Assembly (NCBI GenBank): GCA_047495785.1
Contig: JBLDXI010000028.1
Location: forward strand, 124,001-188,000
Source of the DNA: Lepidodermella squamata
Taxonomy: Eukaryota; Animalia; Gastrotricha
DNA: 64,000 nucleotides
Direction of reading: 5' to 3'
Below are positions 1 to 13,656 of this stretch, one piece after another. The notes under the pieces are model-generated. The model was not told where the DNA came from. It ran no database searches and saw only the letters and a program-made list of their open reading frames with translations. A program made the translations under genes and the position numbers. The number at the start of each line of letters is the position of its first letter. The first letter of the stretch is position 1.

Positions 1-614
1 GGTAAGTGGCTTTTTTATCAATAGTGCATCATTAATCGGCAGAATTGAGAAATGGTTAATTGGAAACATTTTCAAAATCGTAAAATTTTCGAAACTCGAT
101 ATCGTGAGAATTACAAATTTCCAATGAATCATATTTAAAACTGTTTGCCTTTAATATCGTAAAACGGGGGCGTGGGGTAACTTTGGAAAATTTTGACCAT
201 GGGATTTTTTGCGCCTCGTGAGCTTTCGTTAGACCTCAAACTGAAGGTGATCAGAGCGAAAATGGACGTTCGAAAAAGATTCATGCTTCGTATGTCTTTT
301 TGGGACCGCGTAATGACCCAATTTTGTTCTTAATTTTCTACAAAATTCGACCCCCATTTAAAGTGCCTAAATTATATTGAGAAATTATTTTGGAATTTCC
401 CAAGCCAGGCAATCTTTTTCTATAAAAGTGAAATTTGTTAAAATTTCCAGGAAAAATGGGAGATGTTTGAGTTTGGACCAAATTGTTGACCTAGGAAAGT
501 CCTTGTTTTGTCCAAATTTGCGCCTCGTCACGGAATTGGGGTTGAATTGATAATGAGCTTACTATTATTGTATGTATGTACACTGTACAATGTGTTTTTG
601 TTTTCATTTCACAG

Positions 615-929
615 GGCGTGAAAGTGGAGCGCGTCGAGATCAAGGACGTGCGGCTGCCGTCGTCGATGCAGCGCGCGATGGCGGCGGAGGCGGAGGCGAC
701 CCGCGAGGCGCGCGCCAAGGTCATCTCGGCCGAGGGCGAGCAGAAGGCGTCGCGTGCGCTGAAGGAAGCCTCCGACGTCATCAGCGAGTCGCCGGCCGCC
801 CTGCAGCTGCGCTACCTGCAGACGCTGCACGACATTGCGGCCGAGAAGAACTCGACGATTCTGTTCCCGATCCCGATCGAGATGTTTCGCGCCTGGGCGG
901 CCAAGCCCGGCGAGACAACCACTGCTTAA
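615..929 (+). CDS. Stomatin/band-7 (SPFH) protein, last coding exon
   Basis: [15 protein letters not shown]...[34 protein letters not shown]...[10 protein letters not shown]...[11 protein letters not shown] is the canonical stomatin C-terminus. Intron 2-614 (G|GTAAGT...ttcacag), stop TAA 927-929. Confidence 0.95.
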   Translation, partial: GVKVERVEIKDVRLPSSMQRAMAAEAEATREARAKVISAEGEQKASRALKEASDVISESPAALQLRYLQTLHDIAAEKNSTILFPIPIEMFRAWAAKPGETTTA

Positions 930-2414
930 CGGATGGATCTGATCAGAAGAGAAAAAGATACAACCAACCAACCCCATTTCTTTTATACTATGCGTTTTTT
1001 GTTTGGTTTTTAATCGAGTCTAAAAAACAGCAGTGCATAATATTCGATTTTATATTCGATGCTGAATTTTGGAGTGTTTTTTCTGTCCCTGTTTGGTGAA
1101 ACTTGCTCGCTGCTAGTCGCTTTAACAGTAACTGTGAACTCATGATGAATTTCTTCCATGCCTTGGAAAGCAACAACTCAATGAGAATTCTCTCTCTCAC
1201 ACGCGGCCTAGTCTTCTTCTTTTTGTAACAATAATTAACTCTTCCGATCAATCGATTTTTTTATATATCGATATTCGATGGTTTTTTTTTAACATTTCTG
1301 GTCAAAAACTGCTTTTATAATGCTGTTGTTAATTGTTGTCGCTTGACTGGTCAGATATTGATTGATAAGCCATTTTGCCACAACTGCTGTTCGGTTTCGC
1401 GGTGCTTGGTACTGCTCATTTCCGTGTCGCCTACCGCCGCTGTAGTATGACTGTGAAACTGAGAATTTTCGGAGAATAAAACGCATTATTGTGTAGTAGT
1501 AGTCTTAGTAATCAGGTTGTTTTCGACGTTTTGCATCGCCCACGCGCGGGTGAAAACGACTGCTGTCGCCGGTTGTTGTCGGCAAAAAACGCGGCCAAAG
1601 CGACAGAACCCGGGCAGAACACGCCTGTGGCTGTGCTGATACGCCCTCGCCACGCCTGGCCTTGTTGCGCAGTCGACATTTCGCCGGGCGCAAAATTCGC
1701 CGGCCGCTTGTTATTGTTTTCGGTTTTGTTGTTGTTGACGGTGCGCGGGCGTGAGCGAACTTTGATAAAATACCCACCCAGCTAGCTACTGCTACTACTA
1801 CTTGAACAGCAGAACGAAAAAGGCACAGCAGTCAAAAATAACGGCAGTTGCAGATAAGGCGGCCGAGGGACAGCGATATCGCCCCGCTAATTGCCAGGCT
1901 AGCAAGACCGGCCCCCGCGCCACCGCCTGCTGCTACCATGCAGGCCATGTCGACTTGGCCCTGGCCACCTCTTCGCCTCCTCACACCAATCACGGAGCCT
2001 GCCTCTCTTTGAATAAACTTATTTTTTACGGTCATTTTTTTATCGCGAATCCAGGATGAGCTAGAATTGGTATTATCTCCCCTGACCACAACTGACCGGT
2101 CGACCGGTTGCATGGTCGGCTGTTTTGTTTTTGCGGAAAAACCGCAATTTATTCCGGTAGCCGCCGCAGCCGCCGCAACCACGGCTGCAACTGTATTCAT
2201 AAGATAATTGATGAGCTACTGCTAGGTGTGTAGGTGGGTCATCATCATCATCATTATCATCGTACAGGTAGCCGCCGTCATGATTAGCATTAACAAAAAA
2301 GCCAGTATTTATCCTTGCGAGTGTGTTTGTTAACGCGTTTTCTGCGCGCCGATCGCCGCTGGTCAGCAGCAGCTCTAAAACATGCGAGAGCATGCGAGGC
2401 AGAGTTTTCGCATA

Positions 2415-2485
2415 GCAATAATAATAGTAATAATAATAACAGTAGCAGCCCGCAGCAGCATCAGCAGCAGCAGGCGAATAACAAC
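2415..2485. repeat. Compound (AAT)n/(CAG)n microsatellite upstream of fibrillin
   Basis: aataataatagtaataataataacagtagcagcccgcagcagcatcagcagcagcag seen directly. Confidence 0.7.
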
Positions 2486-3428
2486 GCTCGGCGCATCAAA
2501 AAGTTGATGAGCCAATTATGGGCGCGCGCGCGTAAATAAAAACACATTGCGCTTCCGTCGTTTTTGTTGGTGATGTGGCTGCGGCGCCGGCGACAGCGAA
2601 AAAAGGCGCGCGCGGCGAAATCAGTCGAGCGTGGCGCGCCTTGAACGCTGTCGCTTTTTTTGCCCCAGATCAAGCGAGACAGCTAATTCTACTTGCTCGT
2701 GTGCTTATGTAGTAATAAAGCGCTCTTGTTGTGCTGACGTTCAATTGTTATTTATTTAGTTTGATCGAACTGCGGACAAAGCTTCTGCTGCTGAAGCTGA
2801 AGCTGACGTGGTACATCCTAACCAGTACGCGGTGGCGATGGTGGTGGTATTAGCAGTAGTAGTTAGGTATTATAGGAAGAGCGCGGCGCAAACAAACAAC
2901 AAATAACAAAAAGCGAGCGAACAGAGGGCGAGGCCGTGCGCACTTTTTACGCTGCGCGCGAGCGCTGCAGCAATATAATCGCGGCCCGGCCAGTCTCAGC
3001 TCTGTGTTCACCCTGCGTCAGCAGCTATAATGCGGCTGGCTCATCGCTGTTCGCTCGAACACAGCCGGCCGAGCGTGCATAAACACAACCACGGGCTGAC
3101 TCTGCGTGCTTTTTGGCGCCGCCGCCGCAGCAGCAGCAGCAATAAACAGCAGCGCCGGCACCAGTGCAAAGCCGGCTGCAACTGCAACTGCCGGCAGTTT
3201 CCTCCCACCGCTTGTCAAAAAAGAACCGCCTTCTTGTTTGCTCACACGCGGATTAGCTTCTTTTTTCTTCTGCTGCTCCTCCTTCGGTTTTCGTTTTGTT
3301 GACCTGTCCACCGATGTAGCACAACTTGCACCCACGCGCGCGCACGCTCGCGCCTATAATGTTGAACTAAAACCGACATGGTGATTTTTTTATTGCAATT
3401 TTTTTTCGCACACTGTAGGAGTGTTAAA

Positions 3429-6400
3429 ATGCGGTTGTTAACGATAGACAAGAAACGGCCGTCGTCGTCTCGTTACACCGAATTCCGCGCCCTGTTACTG
3501 CTGGCCGTTTCGAGTCTGTGCCTGCTAAACAGCGTAGCCGCCGGTGTTAGCAGCGGCGAGGACGAGGCCACGTCCGACGAAGACGTGCTCGAACTGCACC
3601 CGGCCTCCAGCGATTTCGCGTTTCTCTTCGACGACGGCGAGGCGGCGTCGATCGCGCTCGGCGCCGCTGTCGAGGCGCCGCTCACGCGTGTTCGCCGCTC
3701 CGGCGTTCTGCGCGGCCCCAACGTCTGCGGCCGCCCGCTCGACCGCTCGTGCTGCCCAGGCTGGCAGCCGAACGCCCTAGGCCGATGCACCATTGGTACG
3801 TTTTTCCATTTTTGCATTATCGATTTCTGTCCCAGTTTTGCTATTTAACCTAGAATTCACGACTTTTTTATTTTATTCTTTTATTAGTTTATTTATAATT
3901 GTCTCGAGTTTTAGCTGAAAGCTGAATGCTGAAAAATGTTGATTATTTTTTTGTCTAGTTTACTTTTATTTTTTCATTTTTTTGCGTTTTTAGACAACAA
4001 TTCTCGATTCAAATCTAATACTACTTACGAATTTTTTAATGAAAAATTGACAATTTTTTTATCCGAAGTTGGAAATCGTTCTTATATGCCGTTCCTAAGC
4101 TTCGCTATCTCTTTCACCTTGGATCTGATTGCTATGGGCTCAAGCTAATTTTTTCAATATTGTAGCGCAATGTGGTGGCGGCTGTGGCGCTGGGCGGTGC
4201 ATGAGGCCCGACCTGTGTCTGTGTCCGGACTCGCGGTTCCGGCGGACGTGCGGTCCCGGCGGAGGCGGGGGCCAAGGCGGCAACGCCACCGACGTCGGTC
4301 CGCCTCGCATTGTCGGTCCTTGTTTCACGACAATCGAGGACAACCGGTGCAAGGGTGAGCTGGTCAATGTCAAGTGCACGCAGTTGCTGTGCTGCGCCAC
4401 CATCGGCAAGGCGTGGGGCGAGCCGTGCTACGAGTGCCCGGCGCTGCCCTGCCGCAAGGGCTTCATCTACGATGCCAAGGAGAAGATTTGCAAGGACGTC
4501 GACGAGTGCGCCGCCATTCCGAATCTCTGCCTCGCCGGGCGATGCATCAACACCGCCGGCTCCTACACATGCGGTTGTGGACCTAACCAAAGACTTGTCC
4601 CGGGCACTGGCGAGTGCGAACGTAAGTACCCGAACTTTCTATTAATTTCTACAAGACAAAGCACTATTACTCGCGGAAATCTATTCCTATCTTACTATGA
4701 AATTGACTTTCCATACACTTTCCTTTCCTTTCCTTTCCTTACCTTCCCTTTCTCAGTTATCCCAACCCGACCATCCAAATTCGTTTAGGATCGCTCCTTC
4801 AACTGCCTAAAGGGTGCTTACTATCTCTCATCCTATCCTAACTGCCCGTCATCGATGTTGAGGGATCTTTCTTTCGGCATCTTCTTAGGACCTTTTGGTT
4901 TCTTGCTTGAGGTTTATTTCTGTTTTCTTAGCCATCGACTTCTGTGCCGAGTACAATAACCCATGCCGGCCGGGTATCTGCCAGCAGGACGTGTCCAGTC
5001 CTCACGGTTACCGCTGCGTCTGCCGGCCGCCGTACACCGCGACGGAAACGGGCCGCAACTGCACGGCCATGCACCGCGAGACTTGCTACCGCGAACTCAC
5101 TCCAGCAACGGCGTCTCGCCGCGCCCTCTGCCAGTCTCCCCTCGGCACTCTGTCATTCTCAGACTGCTGTTGCCAAGGCAACACAACCGCGAAGGCGTTA
5201 GGCGCTGCTTGGGGCGTGGCTTGCCTCGAATGCCCACGAAAGGATTCGAAAGCGTACCCGTACCTATGCAATCCTAAGCCGGTAGAGTTCGACCCAGTAA
5301 CTGGCGAACCTATCGGACCAACCATCTGCACGGAAGTACCCGGCCTGTGTGGCGAGGGAGCCAAGTGCCAGGTGAAGCGTGACGGGTCTTACTACTGCGT
5401 GTGTACGGATGGCTACGAATCGGACGATAACGGAAAGTGCCAGGACATCGATGAATGCGCCCGGACGCCGACGATTTGCCAACCCGGCAAGTGTATAAAC
5501 ACCAAGGGATCGTACCAATGCGACTGCCCGCCAGTCATCTCAACACCCTCTCCGGACAAGAAGCGGTGTGAAAGTAAGTGATCGTAGTGATTGATTAAAA
5601 TCGATTTTACATTATTGCGATGTTAACAGCTCATCGGCCTTGCTCTTCGAACACAACAATGTGTCCGAACGGTGTTTGCGTCGACATGATGGGAACGTTC
5701 AAGTGCGAGTGCAACCCTGGCTTCCGGCCCGTCGACTCCAACCACCAGTCCTGCGTGGATATCGACGAGTGCAACGACGGCAAGGTGCGTTGTCGTGGTC
5801 GAAACGAGATATGCAACAACACCCAGGGCGGCTACGAATGCATCTGCCGCCGCGGCTACCAACGATCACCGCTCGGCCTCTGCGAGGACTACGACGAATG
5901 CGTGAATCACTGCAAGAAGGGCAAATGCACGAATTTGGTCGGCACGCTGCGATGCGAGTGTCCCGAGGGATTCGTGTTCAACGACGCGCAGATCGAGTGC
6001 GTCGACGAGGATGAATGCTCGCTGCCTGGCCACTGCGTCAACGGCATTTGCACGAACACAGTTGGAGGCTTCAAATGCGAGTGCAGGCCTGGCTACGTTC
6101 TTGCAGGTAGGTCCTATGCTTCACTGTAACATATTAGAGGGAAAAGGGAAAAGGAGCCGAAAAACATGGTTCATGGCCCATTTAGTGGGCGTAAGTGTTT
6201 GGAAGAGCCATGTGTGGCCTAAGAACAGAGATAGCATCCAGTGTTCCAAAAAGGTTCTAAGGTTGAGGGTCTCCTACATGCCAAAATTAGGAAATAATGT
6301 AATAACCCATGTTATGAGGAACTCTGGATAGGCTTCAGGCCACTTGGGAATCTTTTAGATCATTGGGTAATCTTTTCTTTTTGACTTCAGGAAACAAGTG

Positions 6401-9400
6401 TATTGCCGATATCAAGGGCTTCTGCTTCCGCGATGCAACTTGCAAGGAGCAAATCGGTTCAATGACGGCCGGTTACCAGCACGAATGTTGCTGTCCGAAG
6501 CATTTGAACGGCAAGCGTTTCTTCCAGGCCACGGACAACAGCCGCGGTTTAGCGACTTGCGACCGTTGCCCTTCGAACAGCACCCGAGAATGGCGCGACA
6601 TGTGCGACCTGATGACTCCGAACACTTGCAAGGACACTCGGCTCTGCGCCCCTGGTGGTCGCTGCGTCGAGGACAAAATGGACCCGCGCGGTTACCGCTG
6701 CGAGTGCCGCCACGGCTTCCAGAACAAGCACATCGAGGATGGTCCGGACTACATTGAAACTTGCGTCGACATCGACGACTGCACTACCATGCCCGGCATT
6801 TGCGGATCAGCTACTTGCCGCAACACGCCAGGCGGGTTCGACTGTGTATGTCCGCCAGGGTTCGAGTACAAATCCGACGAGCAGCGATGCGTGGATATCG
6901 ACGAATGTTCGGACAAAGACCCGAAGCGGCGAAAGTGTCCTTCTCCTGGCAAGTGCGAAAACTTCGACGGCGGCTTCAAGTGCACGTGTCCAGCTGGCTG
7001 GAAGGAGGAGAAGGGCTTCTGCCGTGACTATCGTGTTGGCGTTTGCTGGGAGAACTACGACGAACGAACTGGTCGATGCTCGTCCAGTCTCGGCGGAACC
7101 GGTAAATTCATCGCTAAGGACCTGTGCTGCGCAGGCTACGGCCGTGCATGGGGTACACCCTGCGAGAAGTGCCCGGAACCTGGCACCAATGGCTCCTGCC
7201 CAGCGGGTTTCGTCAGACGGGACGGCAAGTGCGAGGACATCGACGAGTGCGTTGAGAAACTCCACAAGTGCCCGCCGGCAGCAGGATGTCAGAACACAGA
7301 GGGTGGATACACCTGCGCATGCCGCGGGGGCGCCGTCTTCGACAAAGTGCGTGGAGTCTGTGCTGATGATAGGAGAGGTGCGTGCTATGCTCGCGTCTCG
7401 CCCTCAGGCCAATGCGTCGACCCACGTGGCGTTCCGCCTGGTTTGACCGGATACTCCATGGCCGACTGCTGCTGCTCTCGAGTCGGTCAAGGATGGGTCG
7501 ACCCAGACACCCGCATTTGCGCTGCCTGCCCCGTTGTCAACACCAAGGATTTCAACGCACTGTGCAAGGGCATCGAACCTGGAGGTCCAGGCTCGATTGA
7601 CCCGTGCGAAGTGCCTGGCATCTGCGAATTGGGTCGCTGCGTCAGGAACCGCGTCGGCTTCACGTGCCACTGCCCATCTGGATACAAATACGAGGAGACC
7701 GTGACGGATTGCGTTGATGTTGACGAGTGCCTTCTCTCGACCGCAAATATCTGCGGAGACGCTGGAACTTGCCACAACACCAATGGATCTTACACGTGCG
7801 AATGCCCAACAGGTTTCGAGAAAACCCCAAACATGGAAATGTGCATTGACGTCGATGAATGCTCTCGATCGCTGTACTGCGCTGGTGGCTTCTGCCGAAA
7901 CGAGAAGGGAACATTCTCGTGCGAATGCCCCCTGCACATGCGGCCGTCTGATGACAAACGCTACTGCGTCGACATTGACGAATGCTCGGAGTGGTCGTCC
8001 ATCTGCGAGAACGGTCACTGCGTCAACTTCATCGGAAAAGGCTACAAATGCGAGTGTTTTGCCGGATTCAAGCCTTCTGCGAACAACCAATCGTGCGAGG
8101 ATATCGATGAATGCAAATTCACGACCCCGATGTGCCAGCAGATTTGCATGAACAAACCTGGCACTTTCATGTGTGGCTGCCGCGAGGGTTACACCTTGAA
8201 CGCAGATGGCAAGACTTGTCGCGATATCGACGAGTGCGCTATGAAGAAGGACCGCTGCTTGGGCGAGAAGTGCATCAACACTGAGGGATCTTACCGCTGC
8301 GAGTGCGGCGCTGGCTTCGAAACTGGCCCGAATTCGACCTACTGCAAGGACGTCGATGAATGCTCAACGCCGAGGATGTGCGGCCACGGCGAGTGCCGTA
8401 ACACGATTGGTTCCTACAAGTGTGACTGCATCGTTGGTTACACTTGGCTGGTCGGAACTGGCTGCGTTGATTTGGATGAGTGCGCAACAGGTCAGCATGT
8501 CTGCTCGCCTCATGCCACATGCTCGAACAACGTTGGTTCGTACACTTGCCGCTGCAAGCCCGGCTTCGTCGGTGACGGTTTCGAATGTACGGACGTCGAC
8601 GAGTGCGCTCGCAAGAACGACTGCCCAGCCAACTCGCTGTGCGTCAACACACCTGGATCTTACGGCTGTCGTTGTTCCGAGGGCTATCGCAAGACATCTG
8701 ACGGCCGCTACTGCGTCAATGTCGATGAATGCGCTGAAGCTGGTGGAGCACTTTGCCAGAATGGTGTCTGCGAGGACTTGCCTGGATCTTTCCGGTGCAT
8801 GTGCCATCGTGGCTTCCAGCCGACGTCAGATCTCCGCGCTTGCGTCGATATCGATGAGTGCGGCGGCCCTAACAATATGCCGCTATGCGCCAATGGAGAC
8901 TGTATCAATCAGGTAAGGCACAATTTACATACTAGCAAACTATCTAAATTCCTAATCTAAATGAGGAATAGCTATAGAAAGAACCCATCGCGCTTTTTAG
9001 CATTCTAAAATGTTCGTGCATTGTTACAGGTTGGAACATTTACATGCATCTGCAAACCTGGTTACGTGCAACTTCCTGGTGAACTCAACTGCTCGGATGT
9101 TGACGAATGCACCCAAGACGACAAGCTGTGCTTCAACGGCAACTGCACCAATCTAGGCGGATCCTACAAATGCACGTGCGAGCGTGGTTTTGAACTCAAC
9201 GCTGACGGAACTGCTTGCATCGATCGCCGATCGGGTCGCTGCTTCGCCGATACATCCTGCCAGAAACCGCGACATGACGAGGCCCTACTGCGCAAGGACT
9301 GCTGTTGTCTCGACCTCGGCAAGTCGTGGTACGCCACCACTCAAGGCACCGTCGGCCTCAACCAGTGCCTCCGATGCCCTGCGAGGAACACGGTCGAGTA

Positions 9401-12400
9401 CAATGTGCTGTGCTACGAAAGCATTACACCGCCCGGCCCTGGTAAGGATGGCTGGCCAGGAGGTAACGGCACCGGCCCTGGTGGAATGACAACCCTGCTG
9501 CCGCCAACTAGCCGTGTCTGCTACAAACTTCCGTGGGTTTGCGGCAACGGAACTTGCCTCGATACTGGAGTTCATCCGTTCTACACCTGCCAATGCCCCG
9601 AGGGTTATCGCTACAACAAGGAGATCAACAACTGCGTTGATGTCAACGAGTGCGAAGACTTCCCGCAACACTGCGGCCTCGGCTCGAGTTGCACCAACTC
9701 GATTGGCGGATACGAATGCCATTGCGCCGATGGATTGGTACCAACACCTGATCGCAAGTTCTGCATTGATACCCGCACAGAATCTTGCTGGTCTAGGCCT
9801 GACTGCACTAAGCCATTCTCGCAATTCCCAATGCCTCGCAATTCGTGCTGCTGCTCGAACTACGGCAAGGCCTGGGGTTCTGAGTCGTGCTTCGTTTGCC
9901 CGGCAAAGGGATCACGTGATCGCGTCATGCTTTGCGGACATGGAAGTAAGTTTTACTCTCTTCACTCTATGTTTTCATCTTAGTGATTTCGTTATTTCAG
10001 CTGGAACTGTTCCTGTTTGCGAAACCGCTCTGGACTTGTGTCAAGGCGGTGATGTTGACGGAACTTGCGAGGACAAGTCGAACGGCGGCTATGAATGCAA
10101 GTGCCCTGAAGGCTTCAGAACTTTCCAAGACGCGCAACAGCAAATAAAATGCGTGGATATAAACGAGTGTCGCGAACAGCCAGGCTTATGCGGGCCAACT
10201 GCGAACTGTAACAACACCAAGGGTGGCTACAAATGCGAATGCCCGCGTGGCTACCGCTTCGAGCCGTCGTCGAAATCGTGCAAAAACATCGACGAATGCG
10301 CCGAGAACCCGCGCGTCTGCGGCGATGTTGGCGTCGAACGCTGCATCGACATCACTGGAACTTACAAATGTCTCTGCACGGCCGGCTACAACGCGACCAC
10401 GGACGAAGCTACGGGCATGCATCGATGCAAAGATATCGATGAATGCAGAACTGCTCATGAATGCATGCCGCCATATGGTGTCTGCCAGAACGTTCCAGGC
10501 ACGTTTTCGTGCACGTGTAACGAAGGCTTCGTCAAAACTTCAGACCCGCGTCGTTGTGCCGATATCGACGAATGCCGCGCCCAGCCTCGCATCTGTGGCG
10601 ACCTTGGCCGTTGCGTCAACACCATTGGCTCCTACTTCTGTGACTGCTCGACTGGTTACAAGTATTCGAAGACAAAACGGGCTTGCGTTGACGATAACGA
10701 GTGTGCCAACTCCACGCTCATGTCGAAGACCTGCCGAAATGCCATGTGCATGAACACGCCTGGTTCGTACTCCTGTGCGTGCAACAAGGGCTTCAAGTCG
10801 GATTCGATCAATGGCGAGTGCCGCGATATTGACGAATGCCGTCTGCCTGGCGTCTGCGTCAACGGCGACTGCTTCAACACGCCGGGTGGATTCGAATGCC
10901 GATGCCGACCTGGCTACGCCAAGTTGGACGGACAAGAATCATGCGTTGATATCCGACGCGGTTCCTGCTTCCGCGACGCTCGTTGCGCAGAGCCAACCAG
11001 CGCGACCACTCCAGTCTTGCGAGCCGCTTGCTGCTGCACCTTCGGCAAAGCCTGGCGTGAGACTAACGGCGGCAAGGAGAAGCGTTGTGAAGCCTGCCCT
11101 GCCCGCGGAACCCCCGAGTTCAAGGAACTTTGCGAAACTGGCGGCCGTGGTTTTGTCAACGGCTCGTTGGTTGACATCAACGAGTGTGAAGTTGACGATG
11201 ACATCTGCGGTCGTAACGGCGAGTGCGTTAACACGGACGGCGGCTACACGTGCTTGTGTAACACTGGCTACAAACCAGTCCGCAGCCCGGTTGACGGTCG
11301 AACTGAGTGCATCGATGTTGACGAATGTACCGAGGGCGTGTTGGATTGCTTCAACGGCAAGTGCGACTCGCAGCGCGTTGAATGCAAACACGGCCGGTGC
11401 CGCAACTACGACGGCTATTTCGACTGCGAGTGCGCGCCTGGCTTCCGATTCCGCTCATCAACCCGTACTTGCGAAGATATCAACGAATGCGCCCAACCTG
11501 CTCTATACAATGTTGGCTGTGGCTTCCAGTGCGTCAACACGCCTGGATCCTACGTCTGCAAGTGCCCGCCTGGTTATCGGCCAGCAGCTGATGGCCGCCA
11601 TTGCGATGACGAGGACGAATGCGCCAATGGCAAAGCCCAGTGTGCGAACGGCCTTATCTGCAAGAACATTGTCGGATCTTTTGCCTGCATCTGCCCTGAC
11701 GGCTATAAACTCCTGCCGAACAACCAATGCGTTGACATCGACGAATGCGCCTCTGGCAACGTTTCATGCGGAACTGGCGGTATTTGCAAGAATATCAACG
11801 GTTCGTACTACTGCGACTGCTTGCCACAGTACCGCGCGTCACTGGACCGGAAGGGCTGCGTGCCACTCTTCGACGACTACTGCTACGAGTCGCCGCAATG
11901 TGGCGCCAGGTCTCAGCTTGGAAAGGTCGCCAAGGACGTTTGCTGCTGCGGTGGCAAGGCTGCGTGGGGTCGACAGACCTGCGAACGCTGCCCCGAGCGT
12001 CATTCGATCGAATTCAAGCGCCTCTGCCCGAAAGGCCCTGGCTACAACTCAGACGGAACCGATATCAACGAGTGCGAACTTATGCCTGATGCTTGCAAGG
12101 ACGGTGGTGTCTGCGTCAACTTGAACGGAACAGCGACTTGCCGATGCCCTGAAGGCTACGTTTACGACGACGCGACCATGCGTTGTCTCGACGAGAACGA
12201 GTGTGAGCGAAAACCACGCGGTCCTTGCTCGCAGATGTGCATGAACGAGAAAGGATCCTACGTCTGCTTCTGCCATATGGGCTACATGCTGGCTGAAGAT
12301 CGCAAGACATGCAAAGACGTCGATGAATGCGCAATGGGTACCCACAACTGCCCTGGCGATGACGCATGCACGAATACTGAAGGCTCGTTTGTGTGCGGTT

Positions 12401-13656
12401 GTGCCAAGGGATTCCGCGAGGTTGACGGCCAATGCGTTGACGTCGACGAGTGCTCCGCTAACCCGTTCCTCTGCGCACCAAATGGAACTTGCGCTAATTC
12501 CGAAGGTTCTTACACCTGTCTCTGCCACTACGGCTACGCTGCTGCCGATAAATTGTCCACGAAGTGCTTGGATGTCAACGAGTGCGTTCAAAATGGAACT
12601 TGCGCCGAATTGGGCGGATCAGGCCAGTGCCAGAACGTTCCAGGTGGTTTTGAATGCGCGTGTGATGACGGCTATTCGACGCATCCGATCTGGGGAACTT
12701 GTTCAGATCGTAACGAGTGTCTCCAACCCGGCATCTGTGGTTCGGCAGGTTGCGTCAACACGCCAGGCGGCTTCGACTGCGAGTGCTCACAGGGCATTTT
12801 CAACCCGCAGACTTTGGCCTGCACTGCCGGGCATTCGTGCGCGAATAATCCTTGCGTTTTCGGTTGTCAATCTGGCGCGAACAACGGCTTCCAGTGCGGC
12901 TGTCCTCGTGGCTGGGTTTCGACCCCGAACGGTCACTGCGTCGCCACTAGTGGAGAGGCGTGGTTCCCGGATGTTCCTCGTGGCAGCATTCCGCACGATA
13001 CAAAGCCTGCGGTCGGCAAGACAGACTTACCGCCAGGTGAGCGATGCATCGAGTGCCCAGATCCGAGGGTTTTGGCGACGACGCCCCGGCCAACCGCTCC
13101 GCCAGTCCATCGCCAACCTAGGCGGCAACGGCGTCAACACCGTCGTAGCTTGAACTACCTCGGCAATGCCCGCCGCGCGAAGACTCACAACGACCTCTAC
13201 GCCGATGATACTGCTGTCTCAGTTGACGAAGGCGTCACCACAATGGCGCCGGCGTTGGCTGAGAAGTGGGCGGCGACCAAGCTGCCTGGAGCTGTTGAGC
13301 GAACTCACGAGCCAGGCGTCGTTGAACCTCTCCGGATCGTCGTGAACCACTCCGAAGTATCCCGGCCTGAGAAAGTTCTTCTCCGGCTGATGCCAGCTCT
13401 GTCCGGTTACCACCGTAACATCGAGTACTCGGTGGCATCGGGCTCGGGCCGGTCGGAGTTCTTCGGTGTGAAACACATCGAGGACGCGGAGGACGCCGAT
13501 GGCGGCGCCTTCGCTCTCGTTGCGCTGAAACCTCTCGCCCGCTTCCACGCCTACCACCTGCAGATAACGTGGCGGCCGATTCGCGACGACGGCCAGATGG
13601 TCGACGGTGTTGTGCTCGGTTCGTCGACTATGAACGTCGAGGTGCGCGTCGTGTGA
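3429..13656 (+). CDS. fbn: Fibrillin, ~3011 aa; exons 3429-3795, 4166-4621, 4932-5573, 5630-6106, 6391-8912, 9030-9945, 10001-13656
   Basis: Signal peptide, furin site RVRR, FUN domain (GPNVCG..CCPGW), 2 hybrid and 7 TB (CCC) domains, about 44 EGF/cbEGF repeats (DIDEC), C-terminal basic furin site (RQRRQHRRS) and a fibrillin-type C-terminal domain. All introns are GT-AG and phases join into one 9036-nt frame. Confidence 0.95.

Noticed and set aside
1489-3384. Short ORFs in the CpG-rich region upstream of fibrillin
   Set aside because: Low-complexity translations of microsatellites; more likely promoter or 5'UTR.
4132-13557. Many long overlapping or antisense ORFs across fibrillin
   Set aside because: Shadow frames caused by GC-rich codon usage; no motifs.
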